64,000 nucleotides of DNA from Marsupella aquatica (Eukaryota > Plantae > Marchantiophyta), in NCBI GenBank assembly GCA_973895155.1, contig OZ316892.1, positions 11,534,238 through 11,598,237 of the forward strand, given 5' to 3'. The notes under the pieces were generated by a model. The model was not told the DNA's origin, did not search any database, and saw nothing but the letters and a program-made list of their open reading frames with translations. The translations under genes were made by a program, and so were the position numbers. Below are positions 34,868 to 47,990 of this stretch, piece after piece (position 1 is the first letter of the stretch; each line of letters opens with the position of its first letter).

Positions 34868-36318
34868 GTGCAGCAATGGTTTTGGGTGCTTTATGGGTGC
34901 TTTTTTATTGAAAGTTAGTTTTGGGAATAAACCACATGGGACTTAAACAATTCTTTAGTGCTACTTTTGCCACAGTTTGGAGATAAATCACATCAGACGT
35001 GAACATTTATTTGGTGCTCATTTTGTGCTTCCTTCCTTGTTACGTTGGACTAACTTATAATGCGGAGAGATTCTCCACTGCTGTTGTGGTTGGCATTTAA
35101 ATTAGCTCTCGCTCTCGCTCCGTGGTTCTGTGCTTTTGCCATTCAGCAGATCAGATATTGAAACTTGTGCAAATAAGGTACAAAAATAAAGTACACATGT
35201 AAAGAAAATTAATAATGAATATGAAAGTTTAAGTTTATGGTATTGGGATGTGCACATAATGTACATGAGTAGAACCATAAATTTAGGACACAAAACCATG
35301 AGTAGTACTTAAAGACATAAGGTATGCACATTATTTAGATCATTTCTTCTGTACTCATGAGAATAAGGGCTAGAAGTTCAACTAGCTTTGTTACAGGGTG
35401 GATGATCTTAAAATCTAGCAAAGATTTAAAAAAATTAGAGGGGTGCTAGAATAAATTGGAACTCTAAATTATACAAGGGATGCACCTTGGTTAGACACAT
35501 TGAAATAAAAATAAAAATGCATAACAAAAGAAAATAAATTTCAATAATACAAAATACTGAAAGTTGCATTTACCATATAGCAGCTTCAAAAAAACTTTCA
35601 GCATACCAGAGTGCCTAATCGGAAGTAGCCAATGCTGTGCGTATGTACGTCCATCCGAGGTCGATTCACAAACTCAATTCTAATTAGGCATTGAAATGCT
35701 CTGTCTATTTCTCTGCAGCCCTGTTGGAGTGTGCGTGTGCGTGTCTCCGGACCAGGCCTCTCGTTCGATCGCTTGCTTGCTTGCTAGTTTGCTATGATGC
35801 GGTTGCCGAAGGTGAACAATTTGCAGAGGGCTCTTTCTTTCAAGTAATAGAGCTCGAGCGAATCTCTCTCGCTCACTTCTTTGGTTGGTCGGAGTGATTG
35901 AGTTGATGAACGAGAAGTGGGTTTTTTTTTTGTTGAGTGTGGTGTTATTGATTAGGGCACCAGTGGTCTGCCCAGATTAAGCAAGCGTCGATATAATAAC
36001 TCACTGTCTAGAAGATCTACTGCATTGGGACATGATAGGAATGACGTTCTAGGGATCTGCGTTCTAGGGATCTGAATTGTGTCTCTGGGTTTAAAGCGAA
36101 GGACAAGGGGGAAGATGAGCCGTGCCGTGGAGCCTTGTTGCCGGATACAAAGAGCGCAGTCATGCTCAAAGTTGCTGCTGTCTGGATGGGTGATGCACCG
36201 CTGCGAGCTGTGAAAGAGACGCCTGTGCTGGAGTCATCACCACGTTCTTTTTGCGGCTTTGATACTGCAACTGGCTCTTGCTCGAATTCAGATACCAAAA
36301 CGTATTGTTCTGGTAAGG

Positions 36319-37227
36319 ATGCCATCTGCTCAGGAAGCTAGGGAGGCCAGGCGGAGAAAGATCTTAGCTCGAGGCTCGGATCGATTAGCCTTTATTGCTG
36401 GGGAGCTGCCTTCCATTTCTGCTTCTAGTTTACCATCGCCCATAGCACAGACTTCCTCAGAAAGTGACATCCCTTCTACAGCAATTCCTCGATCGGGAGA
36501 TGCTGCTCTGTTTCGTTTGACTGAGACGAGCTCGTCTGAGAAACCCCAAGAATTGCAAGAGTTTGCCAGTGCAGATTTTGACCACAAAGATAGAGCGAGG
36601 GTGATCGAGGATGTGGATGGAGGCAGTAGAGCCTTACAAGATGTTCAAGATTTTACTGTATCGGAGGAAGCAGCAAATCTGAACGTAGTCGCTCCTCAAG
36701 CCAGCAACGATGCGAACTTAACTTGGCTGGACGGCGAACTTGATCAAAGGGGACTCAGTTCTACCAAAGGACGATTATCAGCAACATCTTTGATGACCTG
36801 GGATGGGATAGCTTATTCGGTTGACGCCACAGAGAATTATAGGGCTTTAGGAGCACTTTTGCTTGCTGTAATCGGAGTGATACATAGCTATTTTGATTGT
36901 AGTAAGTTAGAAGGTAGATTCTTAAGTAACTGGGTCCTACCCTGGCCTGTTGCTCTAGTCATAGTGACTGATATCTCTCTAGTATTTGGTACGGTGTTAC
37001 TTGGCTTAGTGCGAATTCCATCCCTGATTAAACCTGTGGATGTCCCGGAAGGGAGTACTACACAGGATCAGCTGAGCAGGGTTATTGAAATTTCAAGCCA
37101 ATTGGAGAGTTGTCTGGAGATCGGGACAGTAGTTTTCAAAACCACACGAGCCTTGTTTCTTGATTGCAGCATCTACGCTGTAACACTCATAAGTGGGTAC
37201 ACTCTTGGGCAGAACTGGCACACATAA
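36319..37227 (+). CDS. GET2: GET2/CAML-like ER tail-anchored-protein insertase subunit, 302 aa, single coding exon
   Basis: The N-terminal basic motif AREARRRKILARGSDRLAFIAG is characteristic of GET2/CAML and plant G1IP. It is followed by a disordered linker and three C-terminal hydrophobic segments. Confidence 0.8.
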   Translation: MPSAQEAREARRRKILARGSDRLAFIAGELPSISASSLPSPIAQTSSESDIPSTAIPRSGDAALFRLTETSSSEKPQELQEFASADFDHKDRARVIEDVDGGSRALQDVQDFTVSEEAANLNVVAPQASNDANLTWLDGELDQRGLSSTKGRLSATSLMTWDGIAYSVDATENYRALGALLLAVIGVIHSYFDCSKLEGRFLSNWVLPWPVALVIVTDISLVFGTVLLGLVRIPSLIKPVDVPEGSTTQDQLSRVIEISSQLESCLEIGTVVFKTTRALFLDCSIYAVTLISGYTLGQNWHT

Positions 37228-37874
37228 GTAGGCACTTCTGGGCAGAATTTTGCACTCGGCTAGCTTCAATTAGCTTCTGATTTTGAACTGTCGAGCATTT
37301 GCTTGTGGTTCCGGCTCTGAACTTTCTCATTTCCGAGTGACTTCAATTATGTGCGATTGTTTCCTTCAATGGGGACTGCTTCTAGTTCTCTCAAGACGCA
37401 ATGCCTACGCTTCTATTGGAATTATTTGTGTTCTCCTTTACAGACCGTGCAGCATAGTTTCAGGTTTATGGATTGGTCTCTCTAGTATTGATGTGGCCCA
37501 ACTTATGTTGTTACATCTTAACGACCCTAGTTATATTTTGAGCGGACACTTGTTGGAAGAGGAGGCCCGAACGACATGCGGCGTGATGGACTAAGATGTC
37601 AGAAACCCGACCATTTACGAAGCCTCGACTGGTCCAAGATCCTTAAAACTCTTGACATGCACAGTGTTTCACCACGGAGCAATTGCTATTTCATCGTTCT
37701 TTTACAGTTAAGACCTGCATCATTGATTCTTGTTAGAGGCCAATCACCTCCGTCAGCATGAAGGTTACTGACTCAAAGCAAGTGCTATTCAGTGCTATCG
37801 AATTGAACACGGATGTGACCAAGTCCTACTCTCTCGAAGTGTAACTGCCAAAGGCGGAAGAGTTGTCATCAGTT

Positions 37875-38083
37875 CTCGTGGTGGATATAAGTGTAGGTAT
37901 ATAAGTTCGGTTTACTATTGCTCTAAGCCGTGTGTTAAGAAACATCCTTTCCACCCCGCAATACGCATCTTGTGACATACTCGTGGTGGATATAAGTGTA
38001 GGGTATAAGTTCGGTGTACTATTGCTCCAAGCCGTGTGTTAAGAAACATCCTTTCCACCCACCAACACGCATCTTGTGACATA
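37875..38083. repeat. 105-bp tandem duplication between the convergent GET2 and UNC-50 genes
   Basis: CTCGTGGTGGATATAAGTGTAGG..TATAAGTTCGGT.TACTATTGCTC.AAGCCGTGTGTTAAGAAACATCCTTTCCACCC...ACGCATCTTGTGACATA occurs twice. Confidence 0.9.
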
Positions 38084-39549
38084 AACTCACAAATTAGGCT
38101 ACAATTGCCTGTGTTTCATAATACTACGTACTCTAGATGGATCTCTACTTTTAAAGATTGACCTCCCTTTACCAGATGCTTCACTATATTTCTCAGACTT
38201 TCTTTAGTTTCTTGATTGTTCTCTTATTCTACTTCACCAACGGACAGTCGTCTGGTCATCGGATATATATGCATACAGTTCTCGGTGACAGACTCGGGGT
38301 TTATATCCTCAGTCAGAGGGCGTCACTATAATGTTTCTGGACCTTACGCGGTTTCTTGATTGTTTTTGTAAGGTACTTCGCCAATAGACGCATTAGGAGA
38401 GAATTTATTGAGCTGCTGAGTAATTTGCGAATCTAAACGGAACACAGTTCTATATGATGCACAGGCACTAGTGATTGGGGCTGCTCTGAATTTGCACACG
38501 CTACAATCGTGGTACATTATTTGCAAAACGTGATATGATGTTTGCTATCATCGCCTCGTTCAAGCGAAAATGGAAAATCTCGGTAGGGATACAAAATTGC
38601 GAAAACCAAAGGCATCCAAGACTTTACTCAATTAGCTTGTGAGGTGAACACTAACGTTAAGTATCTTACAGCGATTCCTGGTCCTACTGCTTGTAACGGG
38701 AACGGTACAGCATTTATCACCCAATAGGTTGTCATTAAGTGCACAATGACGTCCAACTCCTTTCAATAAACTCCTACAATTACAAATTTTTAAAAACTTG
38801 GTAGACTTATCTATCACTTTCTTGGAGCTTCCCAAAGGAAACGAACTTGCTCTAATTGGTCACTCAAATTACTCTCCTTCACTGAAGCCGACCTAAGTAA
38901 ATAGGTGACTGTCCAGATTAGTGACGCCTCCAAGCTTGAACCGTTGAAGCAGATAGAATTGATCGAGGATCAGAGGCATAATTGTAGATCTAAAAATCCA
39001 GGAATCCAGTGTCGAAGAATACATAGATGATGAGTTCACGCCAGTCCACATGATTCTCTTTACGGATGTCTGCTCAAGTGGAACTGGAGGCCTTTTCATT
39101 GACCAGCCCACTCAGAAAAGAAGCTTGGCGTATCTCAGATGGAGTTCCATCATCAATTTAGCTTGAAATAAATCACATATTGCAGTACCTCCAGTCACCC
39201 AAAAAGCAGATTCTATCCACATTTTTCCCTCTTGTAGAACCAGGTCGCATTAGTACAGTGGTCAACCCATGCATGATCAAAATTTAGGTCGTTGCTCAAT
39301 TCTCTGACAAGCCCTTGGTCGACGTAAGTTGGTGGGAATTGCTTCTTCTGACAGGAGGTTACAACAGCTTGTCATGAAAAATGAAATCCAACTATTTGAC
39401 CGTAAGATGTTATGCTACAAGAAAGAAATCGGCAGAATTGGTCAGAGCTTCAGACATCAAGAGCCGACAAGTTTTCTGTCTACGTATAAAAGGAAGCCAC
39501 TGAAAATCAGAAAGGTGTGTACCTTGATGACCAAAAATAAACTCCATCT

Positions 39550-42500
39550 TCACCCAAAGTAGAAACTCAAGGCAAATCTAGTTGGATTAAACCCCGACAG
39601 AACAGCTGCAACCCATAAAACAGTACAGGGCGTCAGTTCAGCCCAATCTCTTCAATTTCATCTTTGATGTTAACATTGAATACAATCTTCATCCTAACCT
39701 AGGCACATTGAAGAGAGTAACGGCACGCCAAGCCAAAATACTGCCCTTCGGCCCTCTAGAAGACTGTAAACCTTTACTGAATATAAGCGCTTCACACCGA
39801 AGGCTATCAGTGATTAACCCATGCACATCTTCAACGGAAATTGGCTCTGTGAGTTCCCTCTGATAGAAACCAGCATTGGAAAACAACTTTGAAAACACGG
39901 TCAATAACAGCACCGCAGAGGGTCTAATCTTGAAAATGTGCTTTGCTGTGGTCTTTAGATGCCAACGCAGATGGACAGACTTGTAGACAACATGACTCTG
40001 TGACAACCTAAGAGGATTTGTTCAACTTACAGAAAGGGAACAGGATGATCAGCAACGCAACAGGGTATAGAAACACCGTTGTCCTTTCCAAAAATGGAAG
40101 TACTGAAAAACACGAATTTCAGATTTGTGAGGAGCTGGTTTGCCGAATAGAACTCAAACCAAGAGGTATACGACTACCTCCGTGCAGATTTCAATCTTCC
40201 CGTAAATATAATCTTATCACAACTAACAAGCATTAATTGGGAAGGCGGCCGCAATCCTACACAATGCTCCACTAGACAGCTCATAGTCATCGTTTCGTTC
40301 CATTCAAATAGCTTGTAGCCAGGAAGAAAGAGCTCAAAGAGAAGTTGCATATAAAGCACATCAGTTTTGAGAACTCACCATCATACCCGAGAAAGTTGAG
40401 ATAATGATAGTAACACAGAGCCACTACGTACAGCAAGTTTGATAACAATGTAGGTACAAACCCGTGAGCAAGAAGGAGTGGGGACAGAAAATACTGGAGG
40501 ACTGCAACAAGAACACAGGAAATAATCAAATTTTGTGAATTGAGAGCCTAAAAGGAAAATAAGAACTTAAAAAAAAAAATGCATTAAAAGTCATCATAAC
40601 AACGATGGATGACGTAGTAAGAATTGCACATGATAGCTCTGTCTCTTGATACAAAAAAAGACTTGGGCATACCAAATGGTGACAACCACGTTCACTCCAC
40701 AATAGTTGACATCTTACCATAGAGAAGAACAAATAGAGGGAAGTACGCATTGCAGTGCACATCAAAGGCATACAACCTACACCACAAGTAACTGTAGACT
40801 ATCAGAATTGGTCGAGACTGAATTTCAGACGTTCGTTTTCAGACGTTCCAGCTTTCCATTCTTTCTACCTATTAAGTAATTCCTAGCTTTTTCCAAGGTT
40901 TCTAATGCAGCCTACTGAACAAGGATTGGAGTAACCGGTGATGCAAGGAGTTGACAAGAGTATGCGCTAATGCTAAACAAACACGAATCTAGATATGCAA
41001 GACCTTTTGGGCTCCAATTACTCAAATGGGAAAGCGATGCAAAAGAGTGCGATTTAAGGTCTTTCGGATTGACAATCGACAACCAATACCGACCATTCCA
41101 CCCGTTGCTCGACAACATGGCTATGCACTGCGGCCTCTTCTCGCAAATAATGATTTGACAAAAACCTGCCAGGTCCAAAGAAGCCGATTATAACATTCCC
41201 AAAACTTGCTCGAGTGATACACTAGAAGTTTCACTCGTTCAGTAAACAATTCCAGACAGAATAAACAGCAAATGCTCTTCCAGCATGGTCAGGCATAACA
41301 AGGAAAAGTACATTGCGATTATAATCAAGATGTGTCGTAGTGCAAGATAGAGATAGAATTGTATAGCGTACCAAAAAACTGTGGCCAGCGATACACCAAT
41401 TAGAAGGAAATGCAAACAGACCACTGATAAAATTGTGAAACCCGCATGTGCTACACTTCCTCCATATCTGAGACACCAAGATCGAAACGTGAACTCTGCT
41501 TTAGACAGCACCAGAATAATATTGCTGACTAAACTTCCCTCATTCGATTCATCAATCTACCTCGCAGTAAAATTTAAAACCGTGAATCCGACAATTTGCA
41601 AGTGCATGTGGAAAGGTATAACCCGCTTCAAAGACATGAAACTCACGCCGCACAGAAAGCAGCTGAAGCGACTGCCAGCAGTAAACAACAAATAACCACA
41701 AAAGCTGGATCATCCCGAGCCCACTGGTTCTTTGTCTCTGTAGTTTCACAGCGACACTTTGTCAGACCCTACACAAAAGTTCTCAAGGAAGTATGCACAG
41801 CATAAACATTCTACTCTAGATCCAAGGAATGCCACGGAACTACAACTTAAAAACGAAAACAAAGAATTATGATCTTCTCCGAGCCTGTAGAAATCAAGAT
41901 TCTATACACTGCATCTATCGACTCTCTGTAAAGTAGGTCCGTTGATTTACGTTTGTGGTACTTGGTATGCTGATAGCTGCGACCCGTATCAGTTATCCAT
42001 CATGTCACCAACGCACACCCATCAACCAACAAAGAGTGGGCTAAGGTTAGTCACGCATAAATCAAAAGTAGAGAATTTGCCAAGATCATGGAAACACGAC
42101 ATGGTAGAGGTTATTGTGGCAGCGATGCTTTTTGTGGCCACTGACAGAATGCTCTTCATGTGAAGGCGACCATATCTGGAGAGAGCTCTTATTAAGAAAC
42201 ATATGCAATCTACTGAACTGAGAAAACATCTCCCTCTTGGCTACCTTGCAAGCTATCAAGCATGGGAACCTTTAAGCCAGTGAGCTACAAATGTCAAACG
42301 ACAGACTGGTCAGGAACTTACACTACTTTGGGAGATGTGCAAAGATGAAGCATTTGCCAAAAAGTGTACTCAATATCCATTTGCTGCCACTGAATGAACA
42401 ATCCAACACGGCACAATAGTAATCATTACTTATGATCCACCAGTCCAGAATAGAGTATCAATTTGGTCTCATTGACCTACAAGCAGATGACCACTTTGTA

Positions 42501-43630
42501 TCATGCCTCCTTTGCCCACTCAGACCTACCTGCCCTCTAATGTGGCCTCTAATTGAACCACTACGGCAATCTGCTGAGAGCAAAATGCAGGATCTAAAAA
42601 ATTGACTGGGCAGCAATGGTGAAAATAGCCACCAAACCTTCCATTTAGAGACCTGCAATGAAACCACAACACAAAAGTGGACCATGAATTGGAAATGGAA
42701 GTCAAGCTCTCCAGTATCACAAAAACTCCCGCTCAATCCCAGAGCGCGGGATACAGAAACGATCTAGGCACGTATTTACACCTTGAAAGGCCAGGTCACA
42801 GTGGCACATCTCTAAGTTCATATGAAGGATATCCGCAAGAAATTTGAAGTGGCCCGTGACTATCGTAATTTTGATGGCTCAGGTCTGTCATGGAAATGTG
42901 CATCTTAAAGAAAACCATGATGAAGAGAATATTAGATGCAGAATATGTTGGCAGCCAGCCAACAACTCCGTTACAAGCTCTGATCTTAAACGGTATCCGG
43001 CAGGATTTAAAGGTCAGCCATTAAAACTGACTGCAAGTTTTCTTCCAACGGTGACTCCAAGCTAGCCCCAGCAACGACCGAGACAAGGCGAGATCAGTTG
43101 AGTAACGCAGAGCAGATCAACGACTGAAACTTTAAACACCCTAAGATACGAGAAGCAACCCCTTAGTTCTGAGAGGGAGAAGGCTCTAGGCGTGTAGCTA
43201 AGGCCTCCAGGCCCGCTGAATTTAAAGATTGCCAAGAAAGAATAGATTGCTATGTCTGCAATGGTGAAACGATTTACAGTTTGCGCGGTGTAGCTGTTCC
43301 AGAGTGCAAAGCAACTGGAAATTTTAGCAAATGGTTCTCACTGCGCTACGAGCCCCATTCGGCGACAACAATTTAAACTCAACGAACGGCATATCCAGAG
43401 CATAACAAGGTCCTTCCCACACAAGACAGCACTGCATTGTGTTCCAACATTGAAGTGGGAACCAGCTCCACTTCGCGTCACATAGAGAAGATATCATTAG
43501 AATGGAATTCGATCAAACCCACAAGCAGAGAAGGGTGGCCAACCTTGATAATCCGTCGTAAGTATTGAGGCATGACAGAATTATTGCGATAGCTCGAGGC
43601 CGACCTGCCTCGCTGAGATGTTGGCAACAT
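39550..43630 (-). CDS. UNC50: UNC-50 family Golgi/ER membrane protein, 249 aa; exons 43630-43544, 42389-42322, 41976-41951, 41737-41647, 41467-41372, 41165-41094, 40776-40718, 40501-40379, 40102-40031, 39605-39550
   Basis: The spliced protein reads MLPTSQRGRS..PQYLRRIIK|WQQMDIEYTFWQMLHLCTSPKVV|YQHTKYHK|QTKNQWARDDPAFVV...HVVEQRVEW|LYAFDVHCNAYFP...YHYLNFLGYD|VLPFLERTT...GFNPTR..YFG*. Ten exons sum to 750 nt and all introns are GT-AG. Confidence 0.95.
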
Positions 43631-43944
43631 GGTTCCAAGCGTCTGTAACCACGCTGCCTCAAATTCGATTCACACCCCAACACTCCTCCCAATCCTTCCC
43701 CGACCTAGAAACAACAGCTGCACTCCAGTAACCTTAGACCCTGCAAATCAGCCACAGGTCCCCTCCGATCGACCTCAACGTCGATACCTGCTTCCCCACT
43801 GACCACCCTCAGCAGCGGCAGTGAGAAACGCTCATCCGGCATCGCCACGAACACCAGGACGACGATCCACAACTCCACTCTTCCGCCAAATCGAATCCGA
43901 ACTGTTTGGATGAACATTCATCAGTCAAGCACAGTGCTGAAGAC

Positions 43945-43963
43945 GAGAGAGAGAGAGAGAGAG
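43945..43963. repeat. (GA)n microsatellite, a CT-rich patch on the UNC-50 sense strand near the probable TSS
   Basis: GAGAGA run about 315 bp upstream of the UNC-50 ATG. Confidence 0.8.
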
Positions 43964-44190
43964 AAACAGAGAGAGTCTCCTCGAGGTACGAAACCCAAAC
44001 TGGTGGCAATTTTTTTGCTCTTGCTTATTAAAGCTCTTACGATACGATAAGTCACTGCTCTGTTAATCATTCACTCTGGGTTGTGGGGAGAAATGCGCCT
44101 ACTTTGGTTTTTTTATATTAGACTATTCCCAATGCCCCTGTTATCAATAGTAAGTGGTTTGGGTGTTCTTATATTATTGTTAGACTATCC

Positions 44191-44313
44191 ATATACTTGA
44201 TAGACCCCATGAGCTTTTGGGTGCATTGATTTGAGATCTATCAACCCTCTGGATCACTCATGGGTCCACCAAAAAACACTTTGCATGTTGGGGGTCCATC
44301 AAGTATGTCTCTC
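44191..44313. mobile_element. Small Mutator-like MITE, family B, copy 2
   Basis: TIR ATACTTGATAGACCCC / GGGGTCCATCAAGTAT. Flanked by the direct repeat TAGACTATCC (44181-44190 and 44314-44323). The right end resembles that of 34690-34867. Confidence 0.55.
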
Positions 44314-44377
44314 TAGACTATCCCAATGCCTCTACTGTCAATAATAAGTGATTTTGATTTTGTTATATAAGACAGTA

Positions 44378-44588
44378 ATCCCAATGCCTGTTGTCCATAG
44401 TACATTATGTTGAGCCAAGGTCTTCTCTAACATCCCAATGCCTGTGTTGTCCATAGTACATTATGTTGAGCCAAGGTCTTCTCTAACATCCCAACTAACA
44501 TCCCAATGCCGCTGTTGTCCATAGTAGGTTATGTTGAGCCAAGGTATTCTCTAACATCCCAATGTGGCTGTTCATAGTACATTATGTT
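44378..44588. repeat. ~55-bp tandem array upstream of UNC-50
   Basis: ATCCCAATGCCTGTTGTCCATAGTACATTATGTTGAGCCAAGGTCTTCTCTAAC occurs 3-4 times, with a further partial copy at about 44722-44756. Confidence 0.85.
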
Positions 44589-45968
44589 TTTTTTTAATTT
44601 TTTTTAAAGGGGAAATCTGTGAAACCCCACAACAAGGGAATAGTCAGCCACAATAGTTGAACCTAAGACTTATCAGTGTCTCTAGTAAAGTGAGCTACCA
44701 CAAAGTCATGCCTCTATGGGCCCATAGTACTTTATGTTGAGCCAAGGTCTCTAACTTAAGACTAACATAAGGCAGATGGCCAGGCAGTCGGATGCTGCAG
44801 GGAGTCAGCATTGCAACTGGATCTGAAGGTGCGTGTGAGTGGAGGTAATAGTGGAGGGTTGGGCATGGAAGAAGTGCACAATGGCACCTTTAGGTCCATC
44901 TTTTAGTTAGTAGAAAATGATCACATAGGTAGGGAGGCTTCCAGAATGACCATGAGAAAGAAAAAGTGAGATTTAAGTGTTTAGATATTTTATATTATTT
45001 TTCATACTCTCCACTAAGTGAGTCAGGAAAAGGAAGCTAACGTTGTCCAGGATGACTAGGGTGGAATCAGGATGTCAGGTGTCAGGAGAAATGTGCCAAC
45101 GTGTAGTCCTAAGCACTCTCTCCCAACTCCAGGAGACCTGTAAGTCTGGGAGGTCCAAATGGTTCTTAACCTAGACACACTTCTAGTTCAAATGTGATGG
45201 TAAGAAAGCCCTCTCCACAAGCTTTCCCTTGATAGGAAATCCTCACTCCCAACTCACAATTTAAAGCCAGATATTTGGGGCAAAAATTACACCCAAAAAA
45301 AATACTATCAAAGTTGTAAAAGGTCCAATAAGTTATCCAAGACTAACTTCCAAACAAATTCTCATTTTCCAGTCATCATTGTAAACAGTATTACCAAGGC
45401 AAATTTACATGTTTGGCATGCCGCCATGCAGGGTTGTCCAAGTCCATTTGGGCATATGGCCTGACAATCCCACTACGCTGGTGTGACCCAGGTTTCATGC
45501 CAGACACGGTCCCTGCTAGTGGGCCAAATTGATGAATACCCAACGTCAAATTTTCTCTATGAAATGTGCTTTGACAACAATGCCCTAAAAGTCCAAGGGC
45601 TTATATATATATGTCACATTGCCAAAGAACAACAAGTACCTAACTGGGGAGACAAGATCCCAGAGGCACGAGAGTTGAGAAATGGGAGGAAACAAAGGAA
45701 AAACCCCAACGAGCCCAAAGGCCAGACAGTCCCACATAAGCACAAAGGAACTAAAAGGGTACTCAATATGGACTAGACGGGAAAGCCTTGTAAAGATCAC
45801 TAGTGAATAGCATAAGAGGGTCATGAAGAGAAATTTTCTAGAGGCCCAAAACCAAGAGCCTTGGCCCTTCCCCATAATAGTAAATGTCTTAGCCCTATGT
45901 AGTGCAACAGAAACTGAAGGATAAGGGAGTCACTCTACCCAAAGACCACACATTCGAGGGGGCTTTAC

Positions 45969-46271
45969 CCCAGGGTCCTCACTTATTTCCTTTTTACCCA
46001 TCACACAAAAATAAGTATAAGGTTTGTTTATTGCGTTGAGAAGAATACTTTTAAATATCTGTAGAATAACATTAGGGTTTTTTAAATCCAATTTTGAGAA
46101 TCATAAGAAAAGATAGGGTTTTAGAAATGTATTTTGGGAATATTTTAGAATATTCCAAAAAGATATTGGTAGAAAAATAGATTAAAAAAATTTATTTTTT
46201 AATTTTTAGGGTGTTTAATAGCTAAAACATTGAGCATGTTTTGAGACCCCTTTTTGAGTGAGGCCCCCAGG
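45969..46271 (+). mobile_element. hAT-like MITE, family A, copy 2
   Basis: TIR CCCAGGGTCCTCA ... TGAGGCCCCCAGG. Flanks GGCTTTAC (45961-45968) and GGCTTTTC (46272-46279). Confidence 0.7.
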
Positions 46272-47484
46272 GGCTTTTCAAGAAACTCTGGGACACAAAT
46301 AGTCATGCTTACCCATTGCAAAAGTGAGGTCCATGCATATATCACTATTGTTAGAGTCCCTGAATTAATGTGTGAGGTCCTAGAGAAAATAAATGCAAGA
46401 CCTGAATAGAAATTGACCAAGTGGTCCATTCTTCAGACCACCTCAAGAGGTGGTCTAAGCATACAAATCACAATTCAGCCTTTATTCATTGGGACCTAAT
46501 TATTTGCCAAAATCAAGGGTCCAGATCTGACCATACATAGATCTATACAAAGTTTTTTTACCCAGAGGCTTTTTAGCTCGCCATAAGTGCCACATGCCTC
46601 AATACAAAGGAAGCATGGTGAAGCCTACTCCAAAGGAGGCTCGTCACTTTTTCCTGTCAATGTAAACGGGGGTAACTAGTTGACTGGGGTGATGATTTTA
46701 CTCAAGTAGTTTTTAATAACATTTTAATTAATTTTCCATTGAGATGTTCCAATTGACTATACTATCACTGTTTTTATCTATTGTATTTACAAATATATCA
46801 CAATTATGATATATATGACAAGCCCATCTGAAATCGTATGAGAAAATTAATCCGTGGACCCCTATGTTCATCCAAGGAATGTGTGTTTGATGAAGTGAAA
46901 TCAATTTTCAACAAGGCGATAATCGATGATTTTGAGTCTCCCGATGGTCTTGGTGTGTGCTCGTGCAAAAGGAAAAGCTCAAAAGATAGAGGAGATTTAT
47001 CAACGGAAGGTTGAATATGGAGGAATTGAGTTTTTGACGATTTTTGCTTACACATTGCAGAAATCGTGTTTTCTATCATTCATGATTGATTGTTTGTGAG
47101 TTACATTGAGCATTATCGCCACAAGACAGACTGGAGGACAACACTTAGCTATTGGCAAAAGCCCGGGCAAAAAAGCTCTTGTCGATTCGGTGGGAAGAAC
47201 ACACAAAACAAACGAGTCATCGCTTCACATGAAGGATTCGTAGTTTTTTTATTTAAGAAAGCTATGGTGTGAGGGGGAGACCAACGATTGTTTCTTTGAC
47301 ATAAAGGTTGTATTTGGCGTCAACTTGTGTTCAGAGTGAGCTTTAGTTGAAGACTAGAAGAATGCAAACAATTCAACCCAGGAAGCAAGCATTGTGGACA
47401 AGGGATGGCGACGTAATCAAAGAAATCAATTTTCAACGGCTAAATTTGTGACGGTGATGAGATTGTGATATTTCTTAATCGAGA

Positions 47485-47990
47485 AAGGGTTTCCAATGAG
47501 CCTCAGATTGACAAATATTGTCAAGTTCCAAATGAGTTTTTGAATTTCTTTGCCTTTCCAATGAGTGAGTATAAGAAATTTTGATCATGAGTCCATGAAT
47601 TCTTTTAGCTTTCCAACATTGAGTTCGACATTGACAAATTTTATGTCAGATTTTGTCACGATACTAAAGAGATCATGAGGTTTTCAATCTCTCTAGCTTT
47701 CTAATGTGTGACATTGAGATTATTCATCAAGAATTAGAGAGATCATGAGCATCTGAATTTTTCTAGCTTTCCAATGAACCTAACATTGATAGATTTTGTC
47801 AAGTACTAAGGAGATGATGAGTTTTTAATTTTATATTAGGTTTCCAATGAGTGTGACATTGAAAGATTTTATCAAGACAATACTAAAGAGGTCACGAGTT
47901 TCTAAATCTTGATCTTGATTTTTTAAATAAATCAAACATTGACAGATTTTATCAAGTACTAAGAAGATTGATTATTTAGTTTTACAATGT
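47485..47990. repeat. Degenerate ~70-bp tandem array, ~7 units
   Basis: AGCTTTCCAATGAG....ACATTGACAGATTTTGTCAAGTACTAAAGAGATCATGAG recurs throughout. Confidence 0.7.

Noticed and set aside
45073-45466. Solo LTR with TGTCAGG...CCTGACA ends
   Set aside because: Only a 7-bp inverted match, with no TSD, PBS or PPT.
46800-47480. Transposase remnant
   Set aside because: The composition looks coding-like, but no motif could be recognised in any frame.
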